Source: a virus
Length of the DNA: 64,000 nt
Direction: 5' to 3' (one strand)
IMG/VR virus record: IMGVR_UViG_3300030098_004409
Location: 1-64,000 of that record
Shown: positions 48,424-58,560 of the stretch, in pieces
Layout of the letters: every line of letters starts with the position of its first letter
How positions within the stretch are numbered: the stretch's first letter is position 1
Translations under genes and position numbers: made by a program
The notes under the pieces: model-generated
Database searches by the model: none
What the model saw: only the letters and a program-made list of their open reading frames with translations
What the model was told of the DNA's origin: nothing

Positions 48424-49111
48424 ACGCAATTCTCTTACCACTGGTGTTGCTTTATTGTGTGCTGGTCTCGGTAATAGAATTAAATCCAATGAGCCGAGAT
48501 CTCTAATAAAGATAGGGGGTTCGTGCCTATTAAATTGGCAGCTAGATGCCCTCAGCTCTATGTTCGTGAAGCCCAATATTTTAGTCGGTGTCGGCGTAGA
48601 GTCACAAAAAATAATGAAGAGGTTTTCTGGTCAAGTTAGTTTTGTGGAAAATCAACTTTATGAAACAACAGGCTCATTTGAAACATTAAGACTTCTTGTA
48701 AACGCTTCCACAGATGATAGTATACTGCTTGTACATGGAGATTTGTACTTTAATAGTGATATACTAGAGACAGCAGATTTTTCTAAATCGTTTGTTGTCT
48801 TGGATACTACTAACAGTATCGCAGATCGTGAAGTTGGAATGACTATGGTGAATGAAAAGGTTAGTATACTTTCATATGGACTAAAAGATAAGTGGGCGCA
48901 AATGGCTTTCTTTACAGGAAAGGAGCTCGCTATGCTTAGGCAACTATGTTACAAGGCTAATCAAGAATCTAAGTCTCTATTAACATTTGAAATAATAAAT
49001 TCTATAATCAACAAAGGTGGATCTTTTAAAGTGCATAAACCCAACAAAACCTTTATAGTTGAAATAGATTGTATGAAGGATATAAAGAATGAAAATTTTA
49101 ATATCAAGTGA
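48398..49111 (+). CDS. Nucleotidyltransferase (LicC / sugar-phosphate NTP transferase-like)
   Basis: LCAGLGNR...PRSL, EN..Y, HGDL, EID. Confidence 0.75.
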   Translation: MSRFIQKIKRNSLTTGVALLCAGLGNRIKSNEPRSLIKIGGSCLLNWQLDALSSMFVKPNILVGVGVESQKIMKRFSGQVSFVENQLYETTGSFETLRLLVNASTDDSILLVHGDLYFNSDILETADFSKSFVVLDTTNSIADREVGMTMVNEKVSILSYGLKDKWAQMAFFTGKELAMLRQLCYKANQESKSLLTFEIINSIINKGGSFKVHKPNKTFIVEIDCMKDIKNENFNIK

Positions 49112-50135
49112 TGGGATGCACGCTCACTATTTCCAAAGGATGGCTTGGGCCAGAGCTTTTGCGGAATGTGGCGTACAAGTGTATTTTTGGGACTGCAAGA
49201 AAATACCTGCGTTTGATGCTTTCGATAGCTTCGAGCCAGATATGTTTATGGGGCAGTCCTATAACTTGGATAGGGCACTGCTCAAATGTATTTATGAAAG
49301 ACCACACCTAAAAGTTGGACTCAGGGCGGGTGACTGGGGAGATTTTGAGCAAGACCAAAGGTTCAATATTCTCTATGCCACAGAACACGAATTACAAACA
49401 TTAAAAAAGTTAAAAGAAGAAACTGGCAAACCAGATTTTGTTCATATCCATTACGACCAAGAGGCTGTAGACCAGACACACTCGAAGTATAAACAAATTG
49501 ACATTGACGCTAAGTCCTTGATAATGTGCGCCGATATTCAAGACTATTTGAAATCTAATTATGATAACTCCTTAAATTGCGATATTGGGTTTGTCGGAGG
49601 CTACTGGCCTTACAAAGGAATTATTATAGACAACTACCTAACGCCGCTATGTCATCCGATTGGCAGGTACAATATCAAAATATTTGGTAATCAACCTTGG
49701 ACAGGAGTCAACCAGTATTGCGGGCACATACAGGACAACAAAGTAAAGGACCTATTTGCCTCCGCTAGCATATGTCCCAACTTAAGTGAGCCACACGCCC
49801 ATGAGTACGGATTCGATATTAATGAGAGATGTTTTAAGATATTATGTGCTGGTGGATTTTGCATATCTGACAACGTGTCTTCAATTAAAAAAATATTTGA
49901 TGGTAATGGTGTAGTATTTGCAGACTCACCAGACGACTTCCGTGCAAAAATTGATTACTATCTTGACAATAAAGAAGAACGATTAGAAATTAGTCGCACG
50001 GGCAGGGAGTTTGTTTTGAATAACCACACCAACTTTCATAGGGTAGCTGAAATACTATCATATTTTGGATACACTAAAGAATCTAATGATATCATTAATG
50101 GCTGGAAGAAGGCCAAGGAACATGTAAATGTATAA
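49089..50135 (+). CDS. CgeB-like glycosyltransferase (GT-B)
   Basis: DIGFVG, NERCFKILCAGGFCISD, YYL...ER, HT...R. Confidence 0.75.
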   Translation: MKILISSDGMHAHYFQRMAWARAFAECGVQVYFWDCKKIPAFDAFDSFEPDMFMGQSYNLDRALLKCIYERPHLKVGLRAGDWGDFEQDQRFNILYATEHELQTLKKLKEETGKPDFVHIHYDQEAVDQTHSKYKQIDIDAKSLIMCADIQDYLKSNYDNSLNCDIGFVGGYWPYKGIIIDNYLTPLCHPIGRYNIKIFGNQPWTGVNQYCGHIQDNKVKDLFASASICPNLSEPHAHEYGFDINERCFKILCAGGFCISDNVSSIKKIFDGNGVVFADSPDDFRAKIDYYLDNKEERLEISRTGREFVLNNHTNFHRVAEILSYFGYTKESNDIINGWKKAKEHVNV

Positions 50136-51087
50136 AGATAAAAAAGTTCTAGTGACTGGAGGCACTGGCTTCTTGGGAAAAGCTGTTGTCGATACTCTGC
50201 AGTCAAAAGGGTATAACGATATAGTTGCAATAGGCAGTTCAGTTGACCTGACATGCTGCGAAGAGACTCTCGCATACTTTGCGCGAAGAAAGCCCGAAGT
50301 AGTAATTCATCTTGCGGCTACCGTTGGAGGGATTGGGGCAAACAAAGAGAACCCCGGATTGTTCATGTACAATAATTTAGTGATGGGCACTAACACTATC
50401 GAGGCTTCGAGGCTTAATAAAGTTGACAAGTTTGTCATGGTTGGCACTGTCTGCGCATATCCTAAATTCACCGCAGTGCCCTTTAAAGAGGAAGATATTT
50501 GGAATGGCTACCCAGAAGAAACAAATGCTCCATACGGAATTGCAAAGAAAGCACTTATGCAGCTTGTGCAATCATATCATGAGCAGTACAACTTTAACGG
50601 TGTTAACCTCATCCCTGTTAATATGTACGGCCCTCATGATAACTTCGATCCTGCTATAAGCCATGTAATCCCTGCGCTGATACTTAAATTTTATAAAGCT
50701 ATGAAGTTTAACTTGGAAGCCGTAGAAGTTTGGGGAACTGGCGAGGCAAGCAGAGAGTTCTTGCACGTTTATGATTGTGCCAATGCTATCAGTTTGGCGC
50801 TAGAAAAAGATGTATCCCCAGAACCAATTAACATAGGCACTGGCGGCGAAATACAAATAAAGTATCTTGCCCACACTATCGCAGAAGTAATGGGATATGA
50901 CGGATCTATATATTTTAATTCTGACTATCCAGACGGACAGCCCAGAAGACAGCTAGATATTAGTCGGGCTAAACAGAGGCTAGGATATGAGCCACAAATA
51001 GACCTGCTAGAGGGTCTTGAGACCACGATAGACTGGTTTATGGGTAACAAGGAGACTTTTGATGTTTACCTCAATCGTATTCAGTAA
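50128..51087 (+). CDS. fcl: GDP-L-fucose synthase
   Basis: GGTGFLG, HLAATVGGIGAN, CAYP, YGIAK, NMYGPHDNF, SHVIPALI, WGTGEASREFL, PDGQPRR. Confidence 0.93.
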   Translation: MYKDKKVLVTGGTGFLGKAVVDTLQSKGYNDIVAIGSSVDLTCCEETLAYFARRKPEVVIHLAATVGGIGANKENPGLFMYNNLVMGTNTIEASRLNKVDKFVMVGTVCAYPKFTAVPFKEEDIWNGYPEETNAPYGIAKKALMQLVQSYHEQYNFNGVNLIPVNMYGPHDNFDPAISHVIPALILKFYKAMKFNLEAVEVWGTGEASREFLHVYDCANAISLALEKDVSPEPINIGTGGEIQIKYLAHTIAEVMGYDGSIYFNSDYPDGQPRRQLDISRAKQRLGYEPQIDLLEGLETTIDWFMGNKETFDVYLNRIQ

Positions 51088-51940
51088 GGATAGACCTTTA
51101 CAGCTTGATCTATGCCTTAAAAGCATAAAACAAAATCTATTTGCCAATAATAAGATTGTTGTTCTATACGCTACGTCTGATGGGTATGATATAAACTACA
51201 ACCAATTAATTGATGAGCATTTGGATGTAGAATTTTTTAAGCAGCGTTACAGTATATTTGAACACATAAGAACTATACTTGACGACGCATCTGAGCATAT
51301 AATGTTCTTTACAGACGACGATATAGTTTATAGAAAGTGCCAGCCGACAGAGGATGATATAAATTCTGCGTTTAATAATGATGCGTGCTGCATCTCTCTT
51401 AGGCTAGGACTCAATACATCCATGAGGGATTATGGTGATGGAGTTTTGAGAAGAGATAACATACCAGAACAAATTATGAGGATTTGTAATACGTTAGTTT
51501 GGAATAGGACATCTATTCCTGTGGGCGGCTATTGGGCGTATCCACTTTCTGTAGATGGGCACATATTTAAGACTAGTGATATGAAAAAATTTACTGAGGA
51601 ATTATGCGTCCTGAACCAGTATTACGATAACTGCGGAGAAGTTCCCAGAGCGAAGCGCGCTTGGAATCAAACACCAAATGAGTTTGAGTCAAAACTGCAA
51701 AGGTTTTTCTTTGATATATCTCCCATAATGGCGTGTGCAGAATATAGCTGTGTGGTAAATTCCCCAAACAATAGGGTACAAAATACAGTGGCAAATAGGA
51801 GTGGCGATGTATATAATTATACAGCCCTAGACTTAAAATACGAATTTGACGAAGGTCGAAGAATTAGCCTAGACAGAATAACTATAGACGACATAATATG
51901 TCCACATCAAGAAATAAATATATTGGAGGGCTTATCATGA
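51062..51940 (+). CDS. Putative GT-A glycosyltransferase
   Basis: FSKDRPLQL, FFTDDD. Confidence 0.65.
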   Translation: MFTSIVFSKDRPLQLDLCLKSIKQNLFANNKIVVLYATSDGYDINYNQLIDEHLDVEFFKQRYSIFEHIRTILDDASEHIMFFTDDDIVYRKCQPTEDDINSAFNNDACCISLRLGLNTSMRDYGDGVLRRDNIPEQIMRICNTLVWNRTSIPVGGYWAYPLSVDGHIFKTSDMKKFTEELCVLNQYYDNCGEVPRAKRAWNQTPNEFESKLQRFFFDISPIMACAEYSCVVNSPNNRVQNTVANRSGDVYNYTALDLKYEFDEGRRISLDRITIDDIICPHQEINILEGLS

Positions 51941-52578
51941 TATTTAACTTACATCAGATTATAAATCATTACCAAATGAATATAGGAGGCGCTATACATG
52001 TCGGCGCGTTTGTTGGCGAAGAGCTTGATGCATACAGATCTCTAGGTCTCACAAACACAATAATGTTTGAGCCACAGAAAACACTTTATGAAATAGTAAA
52101 GTCGAAATGCATAGACGATGAGAGAGTGTATAATGTAGCTCTTGGTAGCCATGCACATACTACAGAAATGTATATATCTTACACTGAAGGCGGCATATCT
52201 AACGGTTCTGGAGCTTCTAGCTCACTATACAGACCTAAGAAACATTTAACGGAGCATCCGCAGGTTAAATTTAATTCAAAGGAAGAGGTAAGGGTTGAAT
52301 GCCTAGACGATTTTTTACTAGATAATAATATAGATGTTTCGGGTTATAACTTTTTAAATATAGACGTTCAAGGGTATGAATTAGAGGTTTTAGCTGGTGC
52401 TATCAAGCTTCTCCCTCAAACAGATATGGCGATTGTAGAAGTCAACAGAGATGAGGTTTACGAAGGTTGCCCTATGGTTGAAGAGATAGACCAGTTAATG
52501 AATGTATATGGCCTCCAGAGGGCGCACACTTTTTGGCAGTCAGAAAGTTGGGGCGATGCCCTATATGTGAGGTTATAG
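51937..52578 (+). CDS. FkbM family methyltransferase
   Basis: HVGAFVG, FEPQ, NIDVQGYELEVL. Confidence 0.9.
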   Translation: MIFNLHQIINHYQMNIGGAIHVGAFVGEELDAYRSLGLTNTIMFEPQKTLYEIVKSKCIDDERVYNVALGSHAHTTEMYISYTEGGISNGSGASSSLYRPKKHLTEHPQVKFNSKEEVRVECLDDFLLDNNIDVSGYNFLNIDVQGYELEVLAGAIKLLPQTDMAIVEVNRDEVYEGCPMVEEIDQLMNVYGLQRAHTFWQSESWGDALYVRL

Positions 52579-52579
52579 T

Positions 52580-53386
52580 ATGAATTTTTTTGAAATGTGC
52601 CAAATAGAGACATCTTTATTTAATATTGACTTTGCTAAGCAAGATCCAGACTGGGCAATGGTAAAAGATGCCTATGATAATAACCTTGCGCGCAATGACG
52701 ACGACTGCAAGATACCGAAGATAATTCACTTCATATGGCTTGGCAGTGAGCTTCCCGATAAATATATCGAGATAATAAACGGCTGGAAAAAACACAACCC
52801 TGAATTTGAAATATGGATTTGGGATGACAAAAAAGTAGAAACATTCCTGCCTCAAATGATAAACAAAGATTTGTATGCAGAGACAGATAGCTTTGGTCAT
52901 AAGTCAGACATGCTTAGGTATGAAATACTTAAGAGGTATGGAGGACTTTATGCGGATGTAGATTTCCTATGCAATGCCAATTTTTCTGGTTCTCATAATA
53001 AGTATTGCTTCTATGCTGGTATATGTTTAGAGAGACCTGTACAACTAAATAATGGAATTATGGCATCTATGCCTAACCATCCAATATTAGATATATGTAT
53101 CGCACAAATGAGACTGGACAATCCTTGGGGTATACAGTGCCCGCAAACTCTTGTCCTGTATCAAACTGGACCTTGGGCGTTAACTAGAAGTGTTTTACAC
53201 TACATGAAACATTTTGGAGATGATGGTATAATGATATATCCCTCTACTACATTTCATCCGTTTCCGGCAGCCTTTAGACATGACGCTACAGATGAGCTGG
53301 TTAAATCTTACTACAGACCTTGGACTATGGCTTGCCATTTATGGCACTCAAGCTGGCAACCAGATTCGGAGCACTATAATGGATAA
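52580..53386 (+). CDS. Glycosyltransferase family 32 (DXD, Och1-like)
   Basis: IPKIIHFIWLG, SDMLRY, GGLYADVD, TGP, HLWHSSW. Confidence 0.9.
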   Translation: MNFFEMCQIETSLFNIDFAKQDPDWAMVKDAYDNNLARNDDDCKIPKIIHFIWLGSELPDKYIEIINGWKKHNPEFEIWIWDDKKVETFLPQMINKDLYAETDSFGHKSDMLRYEILKRYGGLYADVDFLCNANFSGSHNKYCFYAGICLERPVQLNNGIMASMPNHPILDICIAQMRLDNPWGIQCPQTLVLYQTGPWALTRSVLHYMKHFGDDGIMIYPSTTFHPFPAAFRHDATDELVKSYYRPWTMACHLWHSSWQPDSEHYNG

Positions 53387-54194
53387 ATTTGCGGTAAAAA
53401 CAAATCACGAAAACCCTCCTCATAACTATCAGATATTTGAGGAATATTTTTATAATAGATTTTCACAGGAACAGCCAGAGACCGAAAGAGAATACCTGCC
53501 GGTCTGCTGGACTAACTACTACGTGTCTAAAAATTATTGTAATGATGATATGTCAGACATTCAGGATTACCTAAACTCGCTTGACAGAGCGAAAAAATAT
53601 TTCACAGTATGTCAATGGGATGACGGTATTCGCAACGATGTAAATGATTTAGACTTGTTTGTCTATGCTTCTGGAGGAGTGGGAGACTATGCCTATCCTC
53701 TCAACTGTATGCCTCACGGAACTAGTGATGTAAAACACAGAACAATATTAGCTAGCTTTATAGGGGCTTTGCAAAATAGACATCCGGTAAGAAACTTAAT
53801 GTACCGTGAACTTTATAACAAGGACGGGATTGCTATGTCGGAAACTATTACATTTGAAAAATTTCAAGAGGTTCTGGCCAATTCTATATTTGCTCTATGT
53901 CCAAGAGGTTATGGTAAAACTTCATTTAGAATATGTGAGGCGTTAGAGGCAAGAGTAATACCTGTCTACATTTATGATGAACCTTGGATTCCATTTGAAG
54001 ACGAGCTAGACTTTGAAGAGTACGGTGTTCTTTGCTCTATAAACGAGTTGCCCTTTTTGCATAACAAACTAATTGATATGGTACAAGATATAGATAGCTT
54101 GCAGCAAATTATAACTAGAGGTGGAGAAGTATACCGTGAGTACTATTCATTTGATGGATGTTACAATAAGATTTTAAATAAGGAGATTAAATAA
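53379..54194 (+). CDS. Exostosin-like (GT47) glycosyltransferase
   Basis: SIFALCPRGYG..SFRICEAL....IPV...PFED. Confidence 0.85.
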   Translation: MDKFAVKTNHENPPHNYQIFEEYFYNRFSQEQPETEREYLPVCWTNYYVSKNYCNDDMSDIQDYLNSLDRAKKYFTVCQWDDGIRNDVNDLDLFVYASGGVGDYAYPLNCMPHGTSDVKHRTILASFIGALQNRHPVRNLMYRELYNKDGIAMSETITFEKFQEVLANSIFALCPRGYGKTSFRICEALEARVIPVYIYDEPWIPFEDELDFEEYGVLCSINELPFLHNKLIDMVQDIDSLQQIITRGGEVYREYYSFDGCYNKILNKEIK

Positions 54195-54791
54195 TGGAAC
54201 ATTTTTTTCAAGAGTTAGATGGATGGTTTGACGATCCTATAGACAAAGAGCTTTATAGTGAGATGGTAAACAAGTACCCGTCTGGTAGCCACTTTGTTGA
54301 AGTAGGAAGCTTCAAAGGTAAGAGCGCGTCACTCATGGCAGTAGAGATGATAAATAACGACAAAGATATTAAGTTTGATTGTGTCGATACTTGGCTTGGC
54401 TCACCTGAGCATCAGATCTTAGCCGAAGTAAGAAATGACACGCTGTTTAATATTTTTACAGAGAATATAAAACCAGTTGCACATAAGGTCAACGCTATTA
54501 GAGCCGCTTCAGTAGAGGCGTGCAGTCTTTATGAGGACAAGAGCCTAGACTTTGTATTCATTGATGCCGACCATAGTTACGAAGCGGTAAAAGAAGACTT
54601 AGAAGCATGGTTTCCAAAAATGAAAGATGGCGGAACGATTGCTGGGCATGACTATGGAAACCCTACTAACGGGGTAAAGCCCGCTGTTGATGAGTTCTTT
54701 TTGGAAAAAGATCTTGAAGTAGCTACTCTAAGGCATTTATGGAAAGTGTATCTGTGAGATCAGTAAAATTTTAAATAAGGAAACTAAATAA
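54164..54791 (+). repeat. Imperfect ~31-bp direct repeat (54164-54194 and 54761-54791) flanking the methyltransferase gene
   Basis: CAATAAGATTTTAAATAAGGAGATTAAATAA vs CAGTAAAATTTTAAATAAGGAAACTAAATAA, 27/31 identical. Confidence 0.75.
54194..54757 (+). CDS. Class I SAM-dependent methyltransferase (Methyltransf_24-like)
   Basis: VEVGSFKGKS, VDTW, FIDADHSY, GGTIAGHDY. Confidence 0.9.
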   Translation: MEHFFQELDGWFDDPIDKELYSEMVNKYPSGSHFVEVGSFKGKSASLMAVEMINNDKDIKFDCVDTWLGSPEHQILAEVRNDTLFNIFTENIKPVAHKVNAIRAASVEACSLYEDKSLDFVFIDADHSYEAVKEDLEAWFPKMKDGGTIAGHDYGNPTNGVKPAVDEFFLEKDLEVATLRHLWKVYL

Positions 54792-54843
54792 ATGAAAAAA
54801 AATATCAAGTATGGAGTCTGGCATTAATTAAAGGGGTTTATTG

Positions 54844-55758
54844 ATGAAATTAGTATATATAACAAATGAAGATCCAAATTCTCAGTGTGACTATCAAGAG
54901 GTTTCTATGTTGCACGGACTTAGAGAAGTTCTGGGCGACGACTGCATTGATTTTCCACGCAAGAAAATAATGTACGGAGATTTCTCCGAGTCTCCCAAAA
55001 ATGAGCTTCACGGATGGGGATTTAGTTTATTGACAGAGCCAATAGCAGAGGTAGAAAATCGTGAGCTGAAAGACATTGACTTTGTGCTGTATGGAGTAAC
55101 TGACGCATATGGTGTTAAGAACAACCCCGTAATAGATCGACTAGCAAAGCATGGCGTTTGGTATTTAGATGGCCATGACCATAGTAATATAACCAGAACT
55201 CCATGTTTTAAAAGAGAGCTTTACAGGTTCGGGTGGCTTGAAGAAGATCAAAACGTTTTTCCTACAGGTTTTGGCATACCTGAGCATAGAATTATACCTC
55301 TTAACTTTGACAACAAAACACAGCTTATACAGAAAACAGCGCCTCCTTATGCCGCCTTTGGCCCACAAATACTAGGTCCGGCAGCTAGACAATTATACGT
55401 ATTTAATAATGAAGAAGAGTATTATCAAGATATGCATAGGTCTTTCTTTGGTTTGACCTGTATGAAAGGTGGATGGGATTCACTTAGGCATTATGAAATA
55501 TTAGCTAGTGGTGCATGTCTTCTATTTAGAGACTATGATAGGAAACCAAAACCATGTGCCCCACAAGAGCTACCCTGTTTTTCTTATAATAGCATGCAGG
55601 ATTTAGAAAGTCTATTCAACCGTCTTATAGTAGACGATAAGCCAACACAGGAGTATATAGAGATGGTGTGCGCACAAAGAGAATGGCTCTGGACTTGCGG
55701 TACAACAAAAGCTAGAGCGATTAAACTATTGGAGGTTTTAAATGAGCAAATATCATGA
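54844..55758 (+). CDS. Putative glycosyltransferase (GT-B-like)
   Basis: YYQDM..S.FGLT..KGGWDSLRHYEILASG. Confidence 0.65.
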   Translation: MKLVYITNEDPNSQCDYQEVSMLHGLREVLGDDCIDFPRKKIMYGDFSESPKNELHGWGFSLLTEPIAEVENRELKDIDFVLYGVTDAYGVKNNPVIDRLAKHGVWYLDGHDHSNITRTPCFKRELYRFGWLEEDQNVFPTGFGIPEHRIIPLNFDNKTQLIQKTAPPYAAFGPQILGPAARQLYVFNNEEEYYQDMHRSFFGLTCMKGGWDSLRHYEILASGACLLFRDYDRKPKPCAPQELPCFSYNSMQDLESLFNRLIVDDKPTQEYIEMVCAQREWLWTCGTTKARAIKLLEVLNEQIS

Positions 55759-56515
55759 TTTTTTACCCGACAACAACCTAGAAAAGAAATACTTTTCTGA
55801 AATAGCCAGCCATATAGAATCGGACGTTACTATTGTCTCGAAGAATTTTGGAGATCCAATGCCAGATGTTCCCGGCGATAAGATTATATTTATGAACGCC
55901 GATGAGCAGTATCGCACTCCCGAGGAAGTAAATGATCCAAGCGTAAAGTTAATATTCAAACAGTACTGCAGAGAAGGGCAACATGAAAAACTCAGACCGT
56001 TACCTCTTGGCCCCTCTAAAGACTTTAACTACACGCCGAACTCTTTTGATGATAGAACTTACGATGTTACATTTGTGGGTCAGATCGCGCAGAATAGAGC
56101 TATGTTCTTTGCTGAAATATATGATTTCCTGTCTGATCATAGCGTAAATTCTTTCTTCGGTTTGTATCAGGGTTTTAATAAAGGGCTTGATATGGAATCC
56201 TACTCAAAAGTGTTATCAAATACAAAGATTGCTATCTGTCCTCACGGCAGCGCCAGTCCAGAAACATTTAGATTTTTTGAGGCCATGTCTGCGGGATGTG
56301 TTGTTATTTGTGCTCAACAGCCAGATAATTGGATATATAGAAACGCTCCGTATAACACTATAGCTAGGGGGAATGTTTACAGCACTGTCAAGACATTGCT
56401 TTCTAATCCAGCTGCGCTAAGGCTGTTGTCGGATAAGTCAAAAGAATACCATAACAGTAGATTAACTGCATCACCAGTCGCTCAGTATGTTAGCGATCAA
56501 TTAGGGAGTATATAA
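55742..56515 (+). CDS. Exostosin-like / GT-B glycosyltransferase
   Basis: DVTFVG, KIAICPHG..PETFRFFEAMSAGC. Confidence 0.75.
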   Translation: MSKYHDFLPDNNLEKKYFSEIASHIESDVTIVSKNFGDPMPDVPGDKIIFMNADEQYRTPEEVNDPSVKLIFKQYCREGQHEKLRPLPLGPSKDFNYTPNSFDDRTYDVTFVGQIAQNRAMFFAEIYDFLSDHSVNSFFGLYQGFNKGLDMESYSKVLSNTKIAICPHGSASPETFRFFEAMSAGCVVICAQQPDNWIYRNAPYNTIARGNVYSTVKTLLSNPAALRLLSDKSKEYHNSRLTASPVAQYVSDQLGSI

Positions 56516-57306
56516 TGTTTAGTCGAAACCCACACTATCCATCACCGAAATACATAGAGAAAGATATCACAATATGTCTTCATGCGGGTTCTGATCCAGA
56601 AGTCGTTAAGAGCCAAGTTGAACTTCTAAAACCTCTAGAAGAAGAGTTTAACGTACATTGGAACAAAAGAATTGATCGTCGCCCAGCGGCATATGACTCC
56701 TATTCGGAACTAGTTAACGAAGCGGTCGCAACATCTCCAACAGAGACAGTAATTCTTGTCAATGACCGAGTTGTGCCAGAGCCTAGAGAAGTACGTTTTA
56801 TGCTGCAATTACTCCACAGAGGATATGCTGTGGCAGGACAGTGGAACGTAGCATTTATGGCTTTAACTAAAGAAGTGTTTAGAAAAATAGGCTGGTTCGA
56901 CGAAAGGTTTTACGGCGGAGGATGTGAAGACGATGACTTTGCTCTACGACTAAGGCTGGCAAACTTGGCTTATTTTGAGGCTTTGTCATGCGAATATGAT
57001 CAGACTTGGAAAAGCCCTTTGCTCAAAAAGGATGGGGCTAAGTGCGCGATATCTGGCCCATACTTTCATAGAAAGTGGACACAAACGCCGAACGAAATAC
57101 GTAGAGTTATTCCAGAGGAAAGTTATCCCAAATGGGACGCTATAGTTGGCGAAGCTCGACCAGACATAAGTAGCCAGTGGTTAGATTGGTCTCATTCAAT
57201 TATCGGGATGGATTTTGGTCGGAGAGAGACAGATGGAGACTCAAGGACTTATCACTTTATGTTGGATGATTATAAGACAGAGTACAGGAAAGTTACTAGT
57301 GTATGA
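56515..57306 (+). CDS. GT2-like glycosyltransferase
   Basis: KIGWFDERFYGGGCEDDDFALR. Confidence 0.75.
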   Translation: MFSRNPHYPSPKYIEKDITICLHAGSDPEVVKSQVELLKPLEEEFNVHWNKRIDRRPAAYDSYSELVNEAVATSPTETVILVNDRVVPEPREVRFMLQLLHRGYAVAGQWNVAFMALTKEVFRKIGWFDERFYGGGCEDDDFALRLRLANLAYFEALSCEYDQTWKSPLLKKDGAKCAISGPYFHRKWTQTPNEIRRVIPEESYPKWDAIVGEARPDISSQWLDWSHSIIGMDFGRRETDGDSRTYHFMLDDYKTEYRKVTSV

Positions 57307-57938
57307 AAATACTTTTTTGTGGATATAGAACATGGTCTATCAGGGCCTATGATATTTTAGGTAGAGTGTTTGATCTTGCCTCTAGCCCGCAAGAGCTAGA
57401 AGAAAAAACCTCTAAAGCTCATTATGATATTATATTCTTTGTGGGATGGAGCTGGATGATAGAGCAGCAACTAATGCAATCTAGCAAGTGTATATGTATG
57501 CATCCTTCGCCATTACCAAAATACAGAGGAGGCTCTCCGATACAAAACCAAATAATAAACGGAGAGAAAGAGAGCGCTGTTACATTTTTTGTAATGGATG
57601 AAAAAATGGATCATGGGAAAATATTGTGGCAGGAGAAACTTTCTTTAGAGGGTGACTTAGCTTCTATATTTCTTGATATGTCGCTATTAACAAAGGCTGG
57701 AATACTACACATACTAAATAATCCTAACGACGAAGGAAAAGAGCAGGACCATAGTCAGGCCACCATATATAAGCGTAGAAAACCAAAAGATAGCGAAATA
57801 AAACCTGAAGATTTTTATGCCTCAACAGCTGAAGAATTATATAATAAGATAAGGTGTTTGCAGGGACCTTACCCAAAGCCATTCATAAAATGCAGAGATG
57901 GTACAATACTATATATAACCGGAGCAAAGTGTGACTAA
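57303..57938 (+). CDS. Formyltransferase (Fmt-like, probable sugar N-formyltransferase)
   Basis: HPSPLPKYRGGSP, MDHG, IRCLQGPYP. Confidence 0.85.
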   Translation: MKILFCGYRTWSIRAYDILGRVFDLASSPQELEEKTSKAHYDIIFFVGWSWMIEQQLMQSSKCICMHPSPLPKYRGGSPIQNQIINGEKESAVTFFVMDEKMDHGKILWQEKLSLEGDLASIFLDMSLLTKAGILHILNNPNDEGKEQDHSQATIYKRRKPKDSEIKPEDFYASTAEELYNKIRCLQGPYPKPFIKCRDGTILYITGAKCD

Positions 57939-58560
57939 GAAGTTAATAATCGCGCCGCATGTTGATGACGATGTGCTTGGGTGTGGTGGCATAATTGATG
58001 ACAATACATTTGTACTTTATTGTGGCTTAAATGAGTCTGACTTAATTGACAGACCTTCTATGAGAGTACGTCTTGACGAAGCGGATAAGGCGGCAGCTTA
58101 CTTGGGTCATGAGTATCTTCTTCTAGAAAACAAGGTTAATAATTATATTATCCCGGACTTAATATCTCCTATAGAAAAAACTATAAATGATATAAAACCG
58201 GAAGAGATATATATCCCATATCCGTCTTATAACCAAGACCACAGAGTTGCATATGAGGCAGCTTTAGTTGCATTGCGACCTCACGATAATAACTTCTTTG
58301 TAAAGAAGGTGTTCGCTTATGAGCAACCTCATGTTTTCTTGTGGGACAACTCGCATCAAATTGACTCGGCATTTAAGCCAAATTACTATAAGCCGATTGA
58401 TGTAAAAAGAAAAATCAAAGCTTATGAACTTATGGAGACACAGGTGAGAGCGTTTCGTAGCCAAGAAACAATAAAGTCTATGGCTCAACTTAGGGGCGCT
58501 CAGTCAAACTTAGACTACGCAGAAGCGTTTCAAATTTTAAGATACGTGGAGGAAAAATGA
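57931..58560 (+). CDS. PIG-L/LmbE family N-deacetylase
   Basis: APHVDDDVLGCGG, NQDH, AEAF. Confidence 0.88.
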   Translation: MTKKLIIAPHVDDDVLGCGGIIDDNTFVLYCGLNESDLIDRPSMRVRLDEADKAAAYLGHEYLLLENKVNNYIIPDLISPIEKTINDIKPEEIYIPYPSYNQDHRVAYEAALVALRPHDNNFFVKKVFAYEQPHVFLWDNSHQIDSAFKPNYYKPIDVKRKIKAYELMETQVRAFRSQETIKSMAQLRGAQSNLDYAEAFQILRYVEEK

